A stretch of 64,000 bases of DNA from Bacillota bacterium (GTDB lineage Bacteria; Bacillota; Dehalobacteriia; UBA4068; UBA4997): NCBI GenBank assembly GCA_036677375.1, contig JAVBWO010000020.1, positions 26,960 to 90,959 on the forward strand. The letters run 5' to 3'. Every line of letters starts with the position of its first letter. The stretch's first letter is position 1. Below the pieces are notes generated by a model, which did not search any database, had not been told where the DNA came from, and was given only the letters and a program-made list of their open reading frames with translations. Shown piece by piece: positions 1 through 10,485 of the stretch. The translations under genes were made by a program, and so were the position numbers.

Positions 1-1
1 A

Positions 2-1312
2 GTTGCCGCAAAGGCCTTTGAAGGCTGGAAGAATTTTGATCTGCAAGCCCGAGCCGCCATTTTATTCAAAGCAGCCTCCATTATGAGGAAACGCAGGTTT
101 GAATTGGCTGCCTGGGTCATCCGTGAATCAGGCCGGAACTGGGGAGATGCCGATTACGATGTGGCTTTTACCATAGATCATCTGGAATATTACGGCAGAA
201 TGATCCATCATATTCAAGAAAATCGCTATCTTTTGCCTTTGGGGCAGAATGAAGACAATCGTATGAGTTATATTCCCCTGGGGGTTGGCGCAGTGATCTC
301 TCCCTGGAACTTCCCTTTGGCGCTGATGACAGGGATGGTCGCGGCCGCCGTGGTTGCCGGGAATACTGTTTTGATAAAGCCCTCCAGCCTGACGCCCGTA
401 CTTGCGGCGATCATGATGGATATATGGCAGGAAACCGGCCTGCCCCAGGGTGTGATCAACTTCGTGCCGGGAGACAGCAAGGAAATGGGAGATCACTTGA
501 TCCAGCATCCTCAAATACGCTTTATTGCTTTTACGGGTTCCAGAGAAGTGGGCGAGCACATCAACCGTCTGGCCGCGCAAACCTCGCCGGGTCAAAAATG
601 GATTAAGCGGGTGGTTTTGGAAATGGGTGGCAAAGACGCCATCTTGGTTGATGAAGATGCCGCCGACTTGGACGAAGTGGCAGACGGCATCATGGCCGCC
701 GCTTTTGGTTTCCAGGGTCAAAAATGCGCCGCCTGCTCCCGTGCGATCATTCACGAAAAGATCTATGACCGGTTGGTGGAAAAAATCGTGGAGCGCACAA
801 AAAAATTATCCGTCGGTTCGGCCGCGCAGAACTATCCTATCGGTCCTGTCGTTGATAGCGGCGCTTATCAAAAGATTCTCAAGTATATCGAGATCGGTAA
901 AGAGGAAGGGGATCTTTTGTGCGGCGGCGGGAGCGGTCCCGAGAACGGTTATTACATTCAGCCTACGGTTTTTGGCAATATTGCTCCCAAATCCCGCCTG
1001 GAGCAGGAGGAGGTCTTTGGGCCGGTCCTTGCTTTGATCAAAGCCCAAAGCTTTGAAGAAGGGATTGAGATTTTTAACGATACAGATTACGGCCTGACAG
1101 GAGCCTATTATGGGACAAGCCGGGAACATTTGGAGATTGCCCGCTGCGAACTGCATTGCGGCAACCTGAACCTGAATATGAACTGCACCGCTTCTTTAGT
1201 GGGAGCCAATCCTTTTGGCGGTTTCAATATGTCGGGAACGGATTCCAAAACAGGCAGCCCCGATTATTTGCTGCTCTTTGTGCAGGCCAAAACAACGACG
1301 GAAGCGTTTTAA
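2..1312 (+). CDS. rocA: 1-pyrroline-5-carboxylate (L-glutamate gamma-semialdehyde) dehydrogenase, 5'-truncated by window edge
   Basis: The reading frame is open from nt 2. The translation aligns closely along its whole length with Bacillus RocA (NAD-dependent aldehyde dehydrogenase family; motifs VLKPSS, EMGGKD, FGFQGQKC, NCTASLVGANPFGG). The N-terminus lies outside the window. Confidence 0.85.
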   Translation, partial: VAAKAFEGWKNFDLQARAAILFKAASIMRKRRFELAAWVIRESGRNWGDADYDVAFTIDHLEYYGRMIHHIQENRYLLPLGQNEDNRMSYIPLGVGAVISPWNFPLALMTGMVAAAVVAGNTVLIKPSSLTPVLAAIMMDIWQETGLPQGVINFVPGDSKEMGDHLIQHPQIRFIAFTGSREVGEHINRLAAQTSPGQKWIKRVVLEMGGKDAILVDEDAADLDEVADGIMAAAFGFQGQKCAACSRAIIHEKIYDRLVEKIVERTKKLSVGSAAQNYPIGPVVDSGAYQKILKYIEIGKEEGDLLCGGGSGPENGYYIQPTVFGNIAPKSRLEQEEVFGPVLALIKAQSFEEGIEIFNDTDYGLTGAYYGTSREHLEIARCELHCGNLNLNMNCTASLVGANPFGGFNMSGTDSKTGSPDYLLLFVQAKTTTEAF

Positions 1313-1656
1313 CTCTTTGCCTTGATGCAATCACAAGAAACCTTGCTTGGGTTGCACAAAGCTTGGTTCGCCGGTTTGGGGGTGCATAACGGCAAGAAGC
1401 GTTCAAAAGCAGCTTTTGAAGAGCGCAGATCCAAAATAGATCTTGGGAAGCCTATGGTTTCAAATAGGTCTTGTGCATTGGCATCCGGTATTATATAATG
1501 TGTTTCAGTAGTGGTTGTTTTGGCAATGCCTGAGAAGGTTAAAACAAAACATTTAGGTATGAGATATGGATCTATGCATGTCGGTTTGCTGGATTCCCTG
1601 TACCTTGTTTCGTCAATATGGATACGGTCCCGTACGTTAAAATGAGCCGTTTCACC

Positions 1657-1706
1657 AAAACACTCTGCCCTTTTGTAGCAGAGTGTTTTGTCTTTTTATT
1701 ATTTTT
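1657..1706 (+). terminator. rho-independent terminator candidate downstream of rocA
   Basis: Hairpin AAAACACTCTGC-N9-GCAGAGTGTTTT followed by a T-rich run (GTCTTTTTATTATTTTTT). It lies about 350 nt after the rocA stop. Confidence 0.5.
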
Positions 1707-1822
1707 TGATCTTATGCGCCTCCGTCACTTCCTTTTCACATTCTTGTCATATCATGAACATAAAGTCTTAATATGATGTTATTGTGTAACGGATAGGAAT
1801 TACAGAAGGAGAGGTGATATTG

Positions 1823-2488
1823 ATGGCTAAGATCCTTGTAGTGGATGATGAGGCCAATATTCGCCAGATCATCCGCAAATATGCCACCTTTGAGGGCTAT
1901 GATGTTGTAGAAGCCGCTACCGGTATGGAAGCCATTGAGATATGCCGTAAAAAAGATTTTGACATCATCGTCATGGATATTATGATGCCGGAATTGGATG
2001 GCTTCTCCGCCTGCCGGGAGATCCGTAAATTTAAAGATCTTCCGGTATTGATGCTTTCAGCCCGCGGTGAAGAATACGATAAAATCCATGGCTTTGAGTT
2101 GGGAATTGATGATTATGTGGTCAAGCCCTTTTCGCCAAAGGAGCTGATGTTGCGCATCAGCGCTATTTTGAAGCGCAGCGGCAACCATACCAAACGGGAA
2201 ATCAGCCAAATCGGGGGCATGACGGTGGATTTTGACGCTCGAATGGTCACCATTGATGGCGTACGCATCGAAATGACACCCAAAGAATATGACTTGTTTT
2301 TTTACATGGTGCGGAATTCGGGTATTGCCTTAAGCAGGGAAAAGCTGATTACGCAAGTATGGGGTTATGATTTTTATGGCGATGACAGGACGCTGGATAC
2401 CCATATCAAGCTTTTGCGGAAAAGTTTGGGGGATTACAGCAGCCATATCGTGACCTTAAGAGGGGTGGGATACCGCTTTGAAGCATAA
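1823..2488 (+). CDS. OmpR-family two-component response regulator
   Basis: N-terminal receiver domain (VVDDE...D...K) and C-terminal winged-helix trans_reg_C domain. RBS AAGGAGAGG, then GTG at 1814 / ATG at 1823 (1823 preferred). It overlaps the downstream kinase by 11 nt. Confidence 0.85.
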   Translation: MAKILVVDDEANIRQIIRKYATFEGYDVVEAATGMEAIEICRKKDFDIIVMDIMMPELDGFSACREIRKFKDLPVLMLSARGEEYDKIHGFELGIDDYVVKPFSPKELMLRISAILKRSGNHTKREISQIGGMTVDFDARMVTIDGVRIEMTPKEYDLFFYMVRNSGIALSREKLITQVWGYDFYGDDRTLDTHIKLLRKSLGDYSSHIVTLRGVGYRFEA

Positions 2489-4058
2489 GAAACCGATCAT
2501 CAGTATCCGCTGGAAACTCTTTGTTTATCTGGCGGCTTTTGTCGGGGTCACGCTGATTCTTTTATGGCTGTTTCAGGTGGTATTTTTAGAAAATTTTTAT
2601 CAGAAAATCAAAATCGCAAGTATGCAAGAGGTCGCGTTCACCATCGTTAAAAATATCGATAGCGACGACCTTTCCGCCGTCATAGAAGAAAGCGCCCACG
2701 AAAATGATGTTTGCATCCGCATTGTAGATGTAAACGGTGCGGATTTCTATTCTTTAGACAGCATTCCCAGTTGTTCCATTCATAAAATGAGCAGAAGACG
2801 ATTGATTGAGCTTTATGCTTTGGCGGAAGAAAACGGCGGTAGGCCGTTGCAGTTTTTATCGAACAAATCTGCTTTTGCCGGCAACGGGTTGGATCAGTCT
2901 CCGGCAATCAATGCTTCCAAGGAAATGCTTCCCCCCAAAGATCCTGGAAACGATCCAAATAACGATACTGTGACAGAAAATTTTTCCAGGGGAGCGGCGC
3001 CGAATGGAGTTGCGCGCTGGCCGGGGCAAGAAATGAAAAATGGCTTCCGGAGTATGATCTATGGTATACTGATCAATAGTACGGCCAATGGGAAACTGCT
3101 GCTTCTCTTGGATACCACCATTACACCTTTAGGAGCTACGGCGGATATCCTTCGGGTGGAACTGATTTACATCGTTGTTATCCTGTTGCTTTTATCAGGA
3201 ATTCTTTCCCTTATCTTATCAAGAAAAATTTCTTCTCCTATCATGAAAATCAATGATCAGGCAAAGGAGCTGGCATTGGGCAATTATAACGCTTCTTTCA
3301 ATGGTGCGGGTTACCGGGAGGTTTCTCAGCTCAGCGATACGCTGAACTATGCGGCAAAAGAGCTTTCCCGGGTGGAAGAACTGCGGCGGGAGCTTCTTGC
3401 GAACATTTCCCATGACTTACGGACGCCGCTGACCATGATCACCGGATATGGTGAAGTCATGCGGGATATCCCCGGCGAGAATACACCGGAAAATGTCCAG
3501 ATCATCATTGATGAAGGGAAGAGGCTGACCGATCTGGTCAATTCCCTATTGGACATCTCCAAGCTGCAATCTGGCACTCAGGAGCTGCATCAGACAACTT
3601 TTAATCTGACGGCAAGCATCCGGGAGATCCTGAAGCGGTATCGCAAGCTGATGGAGCAGGAGGGATATGACATCCAATTTCAGCATGGGGAAGACGTTTT
3701 TGTTTATGCCGATGAAATCAAGATCTCGCAAGTTATCTATAATCTCATCAACAATGCTGTAAACTACACCGGTGAGGACAAGAAGGTCATGATCTGTCAA
3801 ACAATAGAAAGCGGTAAAGTAAAACTTGCCATCAGTGACACGGGCCAAGGCATAGCTCCGGAGGAATTAAAATACATTTGGGAACGTTACTATAAAATAG
3901 ATAAGGTGCATAAACGTTCTGTCATTGGGACAGGCTTAGGCCTTTCTATTGTCAAAGGCATCATGCAATTGCACGGGGGCGAATATGGCGTAGAAAGCAC
4001 TCCCGGGCAGGGCAGTACCTTTTGGTTTTCTTTAAAGACATGTCAAGCAGCAAAGTAG
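2478..4058 (+). CDS. sensor histidine kinase (two TM helices, HAMP, HisKA, HATPase_c)
   Basis: H-box ANISHDLRTPLT and ATP-lid motifs (DTGQGI, GTGLGLSIV). Two hydrophobic helices flank a roughly 150-aa extracytoplasmic loop. It is translationally coupled to the regulator. Confidence 0.85.
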   Translation: MKHKKPIISIRWKLFVYLAAFVGVTLILLWLFQVVFLENFYQKIKIASMQEVAFTIVKNIDSDDLSAVIEESAHENDVCIRIVDVNGADFYSLDSIPSCSIHKMSRRRLIELYALAEENGGRPLQFLSNKSAFAGNGLDQSPAINASKEMLPPKDPGNDPNNDTVTENFSRGAAPNGVARWPGQEMKNGFRSMIYGILINSTANGKLLLLLDTTITPLGATADILRVELIYIVVILLLLSGILSLILSRKISSPIMKINDQAKELALGNYNASFNGAGYREVSQLSDTLNYAAKELSRVEELRRELLANISHDLRTPLTMITGYGEVMRDIPGENTPENVQIIIDEGKRLTDLVNSLLDISKLQSGTQELHQTTFNLTASIREILKRYRKLMEQEGYDIQFQHGEDVFVYADEIKISQVIYNLINNAVNYTGEDKKVMICQTIESGKVKLAISDTGQGIAPEELKYIWERYYKIDKVHKRSVIGTGLGLSIVKGIMQLHGGEYGVESTPGQGSTFWFSLKTCQAAK

Positions 4059-4199
4059 CTTAGTCCGCTGTGTAAGTTGCTTACGAGAGCTTACAACTCC
4101 CGTAAACTCTTTGCCTGTTAGGTATCTGCCATTTGATAACATATGAAAAATTCTTGCCGGCAGGCGAAGCTCTGAACGCTTCCGGCTCATGGAGGATTT

Positions 4200-5612
4200 A
4201 TGCTGTTTTCCAGTACGCCTTTTCTTTTTCTGTTTTTGCCTACAGTGCTTTTTATTTATTATGTCTTTTTCTTAAAGAATCTCCCACTGAAAAATGTTTT
4301 CTTATTAATTGCAAGCTTGCTTTTTTATGCCTGGGGGGAACCAAGATTTGTCTTGGTGATGATGCTTTCCATTATAGTGAACTATGGCTTCGGTGTATTG
4401 GTCGGCCGAAGCCGGCGGCGCTTGTGGCTCATCTTGATGCTCAGCTTTAACCTGGGCATCCTTTTCATTTTTAAATATCTGCTTTTTACCATAGGCAACC
4501 TGAACGGCTTGTTTGGTTTTGCACTGCCTATGCCGGATATCGTGCTGCCCATCGGGATCTCCTTTTTCACTTTCCAGGCAGTTTCCTATGTGCTGGATGT
4601 TTACCGCGGCAGAGTGGAGGTACAAAAAAATCCTCTGTATGTAGGACTGTATATTGCCTTTTTCCCTCAGTTAATTGCGGGGCCTATCGTTCGCTATGCC
4701 ACCATTGCGGATCAGATCGAGAACCGGCACGAGAATTTCAGTGATTTTTCTTCCGGGGTATGCCGTTTTATCCTTGGTTTAAGTAAAAAAGTATTGATTG
4801 CCAACAATCTTGCCCTGGTGGCGGATAAGGCTTTCAATACGCCGTCGTCTGAACTGAGCGTGGCCTTTGCCTGGCTTGGCATTGTAGGTTATACGCTACA
4901 GATTTTTTTTGATTTTTCCGGTTATTCCGATATGGCGATCGGTTTGGGCCGGATGTTTGGCTTTCATTTTGAAGAGAACTTTAATCATCCTTATATCGCC
5001 AAGTCGGTTTCAGAGTTTTGGCGGCGCTGGCATATTTCTTTGGGTACCTGGTTTCGGGATTACTTATACTTTCCCTTAGGCGGCAGCCGGGTGAAGAGCC
5101 GCGGCAGGTTGGCCTTCAATCTTTTCGTGGTATGGTTTTTGACCGGCTTCTGGCATGGCGCCAACTGGACCTTTGTTTGCTGGGGCCTGCTTTATTTTGT
5201 TTTTATCACTTTGGAAAAATTGGGTGGTTTCGAAAAGCGTTTTGCCAAATGGACCTGGCTCAAACATATTTATGTATTATTTGTAGTGATGATGGGCTGG
5301 GTACTCTTCCGGGCGGCGGATCTTTCCGCAGCCGTAGCTTATTTCGGAACTTTGTTCCATATAAATGGGAACATTGCAATCAATGATCTTTTTATTCTCT
5401 ATTTTCGAGAGAACATCTTCTACTATGCGGCGGGGATTTTATTTTGCATGCCTGTTGTTTCTTGGCTTGCGACTAAATGCGGGGGAGTATCCCGCACATG
5501 GAGAAATATTTATTACGTGCTGCGGCCGGTGATTTATATTGCTCTTTTCTTCCTGGCCCTTTCTTTTATCGTGAAGGACGCCTATAACCCCTTTATCTAT
5601 TTTAATTTCTAG
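4200..5612 (+). CDS. MBOAT-family membrane-bound O-acyltransferase (DltB/AlgI-like)
   Basis: Polytopic membrane protein with MBOAT signatures (conserved His in ...WHISLGTWFRDYLYFPLGGSR..., FWHGANW). RBS GGAGG 6 nt upstream of the ATG. Confidence 0.8.
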   Translation: MLFSSTPFLFLFLPTVLFIYYVFFLKNLPLKNVFLLIASLLFYAWGEPRFVLVMMLSIIVNYGFGVLVGRSRRRLWLILMLSFNLGILFIFKYLLFTIGNLNGLFGFALPMPDIVLPIGISFFTFQAVSYVLDVYRGRVEVQKNPLYVGLYIAFFPQLIAGPIVRYATIADQIENRHENFSDFSSGVCRFILGLSKKVLIANNLALVADKAFNTPSSELSVAFAWLGIVGYTLQIFFDFSGYSDMAIGLGRMFGFHFEENFNHPYIAKSVSEFWRRWHISLGTWFRDYLYFPLGGSRVKSRGRLAFNLFVVWFLTGFWHGANWTFVCWGLLYFVFITLEKLGGFEKRFAKWTWLKHIYVLFVVMMGWVLFRAADLSAAVAYFGTLFHINGNIAINDLFILYFRENIFYYAAGILFCMPVVSWLATKCGGVSRTWRNIYYVLRPVIYIALFFLALSFIVKDAYNPFIYFNF

Positions 5613-5623
5613 AGGTGATATTT

Positions 5624-6796
5624 TTGAAGCTGAATTCTGCTGCGGTAAAATGGATCGGGGTCATTTTTATCGCCATCCTTTGCCTCTTTGGAATCACCAC
5701 GACAGGAGGCGTCATTCAGGATCTTACAGACGACTCCACGGCTTTTGTGTTAGATGATATGGAAACTATGTTTAACGACAATGTTTTCTTAAAAGAAAAG
5801 CTGGTATCTTATAACGGAGGCTTCCGGCGTCTCATCGGGCAAAAAGTGGTGCGGGATGCCGACCCCAATAATATGATCATCAAAACGGGAGATGGCAGCC
5901 TTACTTCTATCATGTGGAAATATGATCTCCAGCCCAAAGCGTCGGCGGTTATTAGCTTCAAGGAATTTTTAGACAAAGAAAACATGCCGTTTCTGTATGT
6001 AATGACGCCGTATAAAATCATCAGTGGCTATACGGAGCTTCCTACAGGCATTAAGGATTATTCCAATGAAGACGCTGGTGAATTTCTGGCTTATCTGAAG
6101 GAAGCCTCGGTGGATTATATGGATTTGCGGCAGGATCTCGTGGCGGATCACAAAGATCTCAAAGGTTTGTTTTTCCGGACGGATCACCATTGGCAGACCA
6201 AGACCGCTTTTTGGGCTTTTTCCAAGGTAGCTGCTGTTTTGTCGGATCAATATGGTTTTGATATGGACAAAGATCATTTAGATCTGTCGCAATATACCAT
6301 TTCCTCCTATGAAAAATCCTATCTGGGCTCTCAGGGGCGCCGGGTGGGGCAGCTTTATATTGGGCTGGACGATTATGATTTTATTGAACCCAATTTTGCT
6401 ACCGATCTTTCTGTTACCATCCATAAAGAGGACGGCAGCGTCCGGGTGCAGGAAGGTGATTTTAACCAGGCTCTTATTTATGCCCCTCTGCGGGATATGA
6501 CGGCTCCGCCGTCTACCAACCATTATGCCAGCTATTTTGGGGGAGATTATCCGGAAGTGATCATTCAAAACCATAATGTCGAAAACGGCAAGCTTTTGAT
6601 TATAAAAGATTCCTTTGCCTTGCCGTTTGCCGCTTTTCTTGCTACCGTTACAGAAGAGATTCATATGATCGATTTACGTTACTTCACAAAGGAGAGCCTG
6701 TGTGATTATATCCGCGATTATCAACCGGATATGGTAATGGTTATGTATAATCCATCCAGTCTGAGCGCACAGGGCATGTTTCATTTTGGCACCTGA
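5624..6796 (+). CDS. DHHW-family protein (extracytoplasmic partner of AlgI/DltB-type MBOAT)
   Basis: Contains the literal DHHW motif (FFRTDHHWQTK). N-terminal signal/anchor helix. It sits immediately downstream of the MBOAT gene, the typical pairing. Start ambiguous (GTG 5615 / TTG 5624). Confidence 0.65.
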   Translation: MKLNSAAVKWIGVIFIAILCLFGITTTGGVIQDLTDDSTAFVLDDMETMFNDNVFLKEKLVSYNGGFRRLIGQKVVRDADPNNMIIKTGDGSLTSIMWKYDLQPKASAVISFKEFLDKENMPFLYVMTPYKIISGYTELPTGIKDYSNEDAGEFLAYLKEASVDYMDLRQDLVADHKDLKGLFFRTDHHWQTKTAFWAFSKVAAVLSDQYGFDMDKDHLDLSQYTISSYEKSYLGSQGRRVGQLYIGLDDYDFIEPNFATDLSVTIHKEDGSVRVQEGDFNQALIYAPLRDMTAPPSTNHYASYFGGDYPEVIIQNHNVENGKLLIIKDSFALPFAAFLATVTEEIHMIDLRYFTKESLCDYIRDYQPDMVMVMYNPSSLSAQGMFHFGT

Positions 6797-6883
6797 GTTT
6801 ATTCGGGAAAATATGAAAAAACGACAGCACAAAAGAACGGGTAAGCGCAGGCCGTATCGGCCTAAAAAAACAGTATGAAAAAG

Positions 6884-6925
6884 TACCGTTGCAGAGACCA
6901 ATCATCTTTGCAACGGTATTTTTAA
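6884..6925 (+). terminator. rho-independent terminator after the MBOAT-DHHW operon
   Basis: Stem CCGTTGCA...TGCAACGG followed by ATTTTTA. Confidence 0.55.
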
Positions 6926-7074
6926 ATAAATTTTAAGAACTGTGTTAAGATATTGTAAGAAATTCCCAATATAATATAAGATGATCTTATCATAGTATTG
7001 TGAACTGGCAGGTTTCAAACTATAATAGTGATGATATGGTAAAAAATTCAAATGAATGTGTGAGGAGTAAAGAA

Positions 7075-8325
7075 ATGAGTGCGGGAAAGAAAAAAGGTTG
7101 GTCAAAGAAGAAAAAAATCATTTTGGGAAGCATTGTAGCGGTAATTGTTTTGGTTATCTTATTTTTTGCGTTGGGAAATAAAGGCGACATGAATCTAATG
7201 GTATCTACCATGCCGCTGTCAAAAACAAACCTGGAGGAGACCATTACCCTCAAAGCGCCGCTGGAAGGCACGGAAAGCGTTGAAGTCGTATCACAGCTAA
7301 ATTATGAGGTGGCGGAATTATTGGTCAAGGAAGGGGATAAAGTCACCAAAGGACAAATCTTAGCTGTTTTGGACGGTAAGAAAATGAAAGAGGAGATTCA
7401 GCAGGCGGCGGATGCCCTGGCTCTTGACACGAAACAATATCAGGAAGGTCTGGAGAATAGCCAGCGGGCCTATGATAAAGCGGTGGAGGATCTGAAGGCC
7501 GCCAAAGCCAATTATGACCGCGTTCAGTCCCTTTATGATCAAGGCGCCGATACCCTGGTATCATTGGAAGGGGCTAAAACCACCCTGGCGGACGCCCAGC
7601 GTCAGGTGGATTCCTATAACACTGCCGGTGGCAAGGTGGTGGGAAATGCATCCACTTTGAAACAACTTGAGATTTCCAAAAAGGAATTGGAACGAAAAAA
7701 AGAAGCTCTGGCAGACTTGGAGATCAAAAGCCTTATTGACGGTATTGTCAGCCGAATTAATGTCAAGGTCGGTAGTCTTGCCAATGACACCAACGATGGC
7801 AAGCCCATGTTTATCATTGATAATACATCGCAGCTCCAAATGACGGTAAAGGTGAGCGAGTATGATATTGGCAAGATCGTTGTGGGGCAAAATGTTACCA
7901 TCAGCGCCGATATTTTACAGGGCGCCACTGTGAAAGGGGTGGTGGCGCGGATCTCACCTACCGGCGAATTGAAGGACACCAACAGCACGGAACGGGTGAT
8001 TCCAACCCAGATCAATATCACGGAAGGCAGTGATAAGCTCATTGCCGGCATTACTGCAACGGCCGAGATCAGTATTGCTCAAGCAGATCATGTTTTTGCC
8101 GTACCCCTCGGGGCATTGATCCAAAATGCCGATGACTCAGTCAGCATTGCTACGGTGACAGAAGAAAATACGTTGCATCTGATACCTGTTACGGTAGGGC
8201 TCGAAACCGATTTGGAGGCGGAAATCAGCGGCGAAGACTTGACGGAAGGGATGCAGGTGGTAACCAATCCCAATTCGCAGATGAGCGAGGCAATGCCTGT
8301 AATGGCGCCTGCCGTTGCGGAATAA
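7075..8325 (+). CDS. efflux transporter periplasmic adaptor subunit (HlyD/MacA family)
   Basis: N-terminal anchor helix, long coiled-coil segments and a C-terminal beta-barrel domain. RBS GAGGAG 6 nt upstream of the ATG at 7075. Followed by MacB-type ATPase and permease genes. Confidence 0.75.
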   Translation: MSAGKKKGWSKKKKIILGSIVAVIVLVILFFALGNKGDMNLMVSTMPLSKTNLEETITLKAPLEGTESVEVVSQLNYEVAELLVKEGDKVTKGQILAVLDGKKMKEEIQQAADALALDTKQYQEGLENSQRAYDKAVEDLKAAKANYDRVQSLYDQGADTLVSLEGAKTTLADAQRQVDSYNTAGGKVVGNASTLKQLEISKKELERKKEALADLEIKSLIDGIVSRINVKVGSLANDTNDGKPMFIIDNTSQLQMTVKVSEYDIGKIVVGQNVTISADILQGATVKGVVARISPTGELKDTNSTERVIPTQINITEGSDKLIAGITATAEISIAQADHVFAVPLGALIQNADDSVSIATVTEENTLHLIPVTVGLETDLEAEISGEDLTEGMQVVTNPNSQMSEAMPVMAPAVAE

Positions 8326-8340
8326 AGAAAGGATTATGGC

Positions 8341-9051
8341 ATGACAGAACTGATCAGGATCGTAGATTTGACGAAAACATATGATACCGGTGTTGTCCAG
8401 GTAAACGCTTTAAAGAAAATTAACCTGACCATTGAAAAGGGCGAATTTGTTGCCATCATGGGACAGTCCGGTTCCGGGAAATCTACTTTGATGAATATTT
8501 TGGGCTGTCTGGATCGGCCTACTACCGGCAGCTATTACTTAGACGGCATCGACGTATCGGAAAGCAGTCAAGATGAGCTTTCCCGGATACGGAACAAAAA
8601 AATAGGATTTGTCTTTCAATCTTTTAATCTGATTCCTCGCACCTCGGCTTTGCGCAATGTGGAACTGCCTATGACCTATGCCCGGGTGCCGGCGAAGGAG
8701 CGGCGGCAGAGGGCAGAGGACCTTTTGGCGCGGGTTGGACTGGCGGAACGGGGTGAGCATATGCCCAATGAACTTTCCGGCGGTCAGGTGCAGCGGGTAG
8801 CCATTGCCCGAGCGCTGGCCAACCAACCGCCCTTGATCCTGGCGGACGAGCCTACCGGGAACTTGGACAGCACCGCTTCGGTGGAAATCATGGAGTTGTT
8901 CACCGCTTTGTATGAAGAAGGCGCCACAGTAGTGGTGGTAACCCATGAAGAAGAGATTGCCGCGTTTACCAAACGGGTCATCCGCTTTCGGGATGGGCAA
9001 ATTGTCAGTGATATCTGTAAGGATAAAGAGGAGGCGGAATCATGCTTTTAG
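8341..9051 (+). CDS. ABC transporter ATP-binding protein (MacB/LolD type)
   Basis: Walker A GQSGSGKST, signature LSGGQVQRVAIARAL, Walker B ILADEPTGNLD. Confidence 0.9.
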   Translation: MTELIRIVDLTKTYDTGVVQVNALKKINLTIEKGEFVAIMGQSGSGKSTLMNILGCLDRPTTGSYYLDGIDVSESSQDELSRIRNKKIGFVFQSFNLIPRTSALRNVELPMTYARVPAKERRQRAEDLLARVGLAERGEHMPNELSGGQVQRVAIARALANQPPLILADEPTGNLDSTASVEIMELFTALYEEGATVVVVTHEEEIAAFTKRVIRFRDGQIVSDICKDKEEAESCF

Positions 9052-10259
9052 AGAATATGCGCCTGTCTCTTAGCGCTATTGCCGCCAATAAAATGCGTTC
9101 TTTTTTGACCATGCTAGGTATCATCATCGGGATCGGGTCGGTGATCTCCATCGTTTCCATTGGGGACAGCATGCGGGCGGTAATTGCCGACCAATATAAG
9201 AATGCAGGAATCAACCGCGCCATGATTTATGTCAGCTACGACTATTATGAAGATTTCCGCATGTCTGATTATTTTACCTTAGATGATATGGAAAAAGTGG
9301 CGGAGATCTTTGCCGATGAGATTGCCTATATTAATCCGGCCATCTCCACTTCAGCAAATATGTCTCATGGTCGCAATCAGATGAAAGTAGATATGACCGG
9401 TATCGGAGACGGTTACAGCCAGGTGCAGCCTACGCAATTACTTTACGGGCGTATGATCAGTCTTGCCGATCTTAAATCCCGTAAGAACCATATCGTGCTG
9501 GAGCAAGCTACAGCTCAAGCCCTTTTCGGTATTGATGACGCCACAGGCAAGACCCTGCGGGGTACCGTTGACGGCCAGGTGGAGGATTTTCTGGTGGTAG
9601 GGGTCTATAAAGAGCAGAAAACTGCGCTAGATGCGCTGATGGCCAATATGGGCAATGCGGAAACCGGCAAGGCTTATATCCCCTATACGACTCTCATAGC
9701 TCCGGACGGTTATTTTTTTGCCTTGGATTTTTACATGAGGGATGGCATCGACAGAGAACTTTTCAAGACGCAGCTGTCTCAATACGAAAGCAAGGTGAAA
9801 AATCGGCCGCCGGAAGCTATCGTATTTAGCTCCGCCGCGGAAGAAATGGGTATGGTGGATCAGGTGATGGGAGGTCTTTCCCTGGCGGTAGGCGCCATTG
9901 CCGCCATTTCCCTTTTGGTGGGAGGCATTGGCATTATGAATATCATGCTGGTATCCGTCACTGAGAGAACCAGGGAAATCGGCATACGCAAAGCTTTGGG
10001 CGCGCGAACCCGGGATGTTTTGGTACAGTTTCTCATCGAGTCCGCTTTGATTGCCGCTGCGGGAGGAATCCTAGGGACAGCGTTAGGGATTGGCATTGTG
10101 GCCATCGGCGGCTTGGCGACCGGTGTCCCCGTGGTGGTGAAGCCGATGGTGGTAGTGATTGCGGTGGCCTTTTCCGCTTTAATTGGAATATTCTTTGGAC
10201 TTTTCCCTGCTTCCAAGGCCGCCAAAGCAGACCCCATTACCGCCTTGCGTTATGAATAA
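9042..10259 (+). CDS. ABC transporter permease, FtsX/MacB family
   Basis: An N-terminal TM helix, a large extracytoplasmic domain and a C-terminal FtsX-like four-helix region. It overlaps the ATPase gene by 10 nt. Confidence 0.8.
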   Translation: MLLENMRLSLSAIAANKMRSFLTMLGIIIGIGSVISIVSIGDSMRAVIADQYKNAGINRAMIYVSYDYYEDFRMSDYFTLDDMEKVAEIFADEIAYINPAISTSANMSHGRNQMKVDMTGIGDGYSQVQPTQLLYGRMISLADLKSRKNHIVLEQATAQALFGIDDATGKTLRGTVDGQVEDFLVVGVYKEQKTALDALMANMGNAETGKAYIPYTTLIAPDGYFFALDFYMRDGIDRELFKTQLSQYESKVKNRPPEAIVFSSAAEEMGMVDQVMGGLSLAVGAIAAISLLVGGIGIMNIMLVSVTERTREIGIRKALGARTRDVLVQFLIESALIAAAGGILGTALGIGIVAIGGLATGVPVVVKPMVVVIAVAFSALIGIFFGLFPASKAAKADPITALRYE

Positions 10260-10453
10260 GAAAAGCGGCTGACTGCATTAAAAATAGCGGGATGCAAGAT
10301 AGAGGATATTGGGGCTTGTGGCCGGATTGCGGCAACGGCGAAAATTAACCTCAAAGAAATCCTATGGATCATGAGTAAATTGTAGGGATAAAGGGCAGAG
10401 AAACAAAACGTCTTTTATCCGTAATGTTGATTGTTGTAAAGAGCAAAACTTGA

Positions 10454-10485
10454 CCGCCTATGTTTTTACATAGGCGGTTTTTTTA
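10454..10485 (+). terminator. rho-independent terminator of the efflux operon
   Basis: CCGCCTATG-TTTTTA-CATAGGCGG followed by TTTTTTT. Confidence 0.7.

Noticed and set aside
128-1156. Several minus- and plus-strand ORFs (128-754, 525-1037, 806-1156) inside rocA
   Set aside because: They are alternative frames of a strongly conserved aldehyde dehydrogenase coding region.
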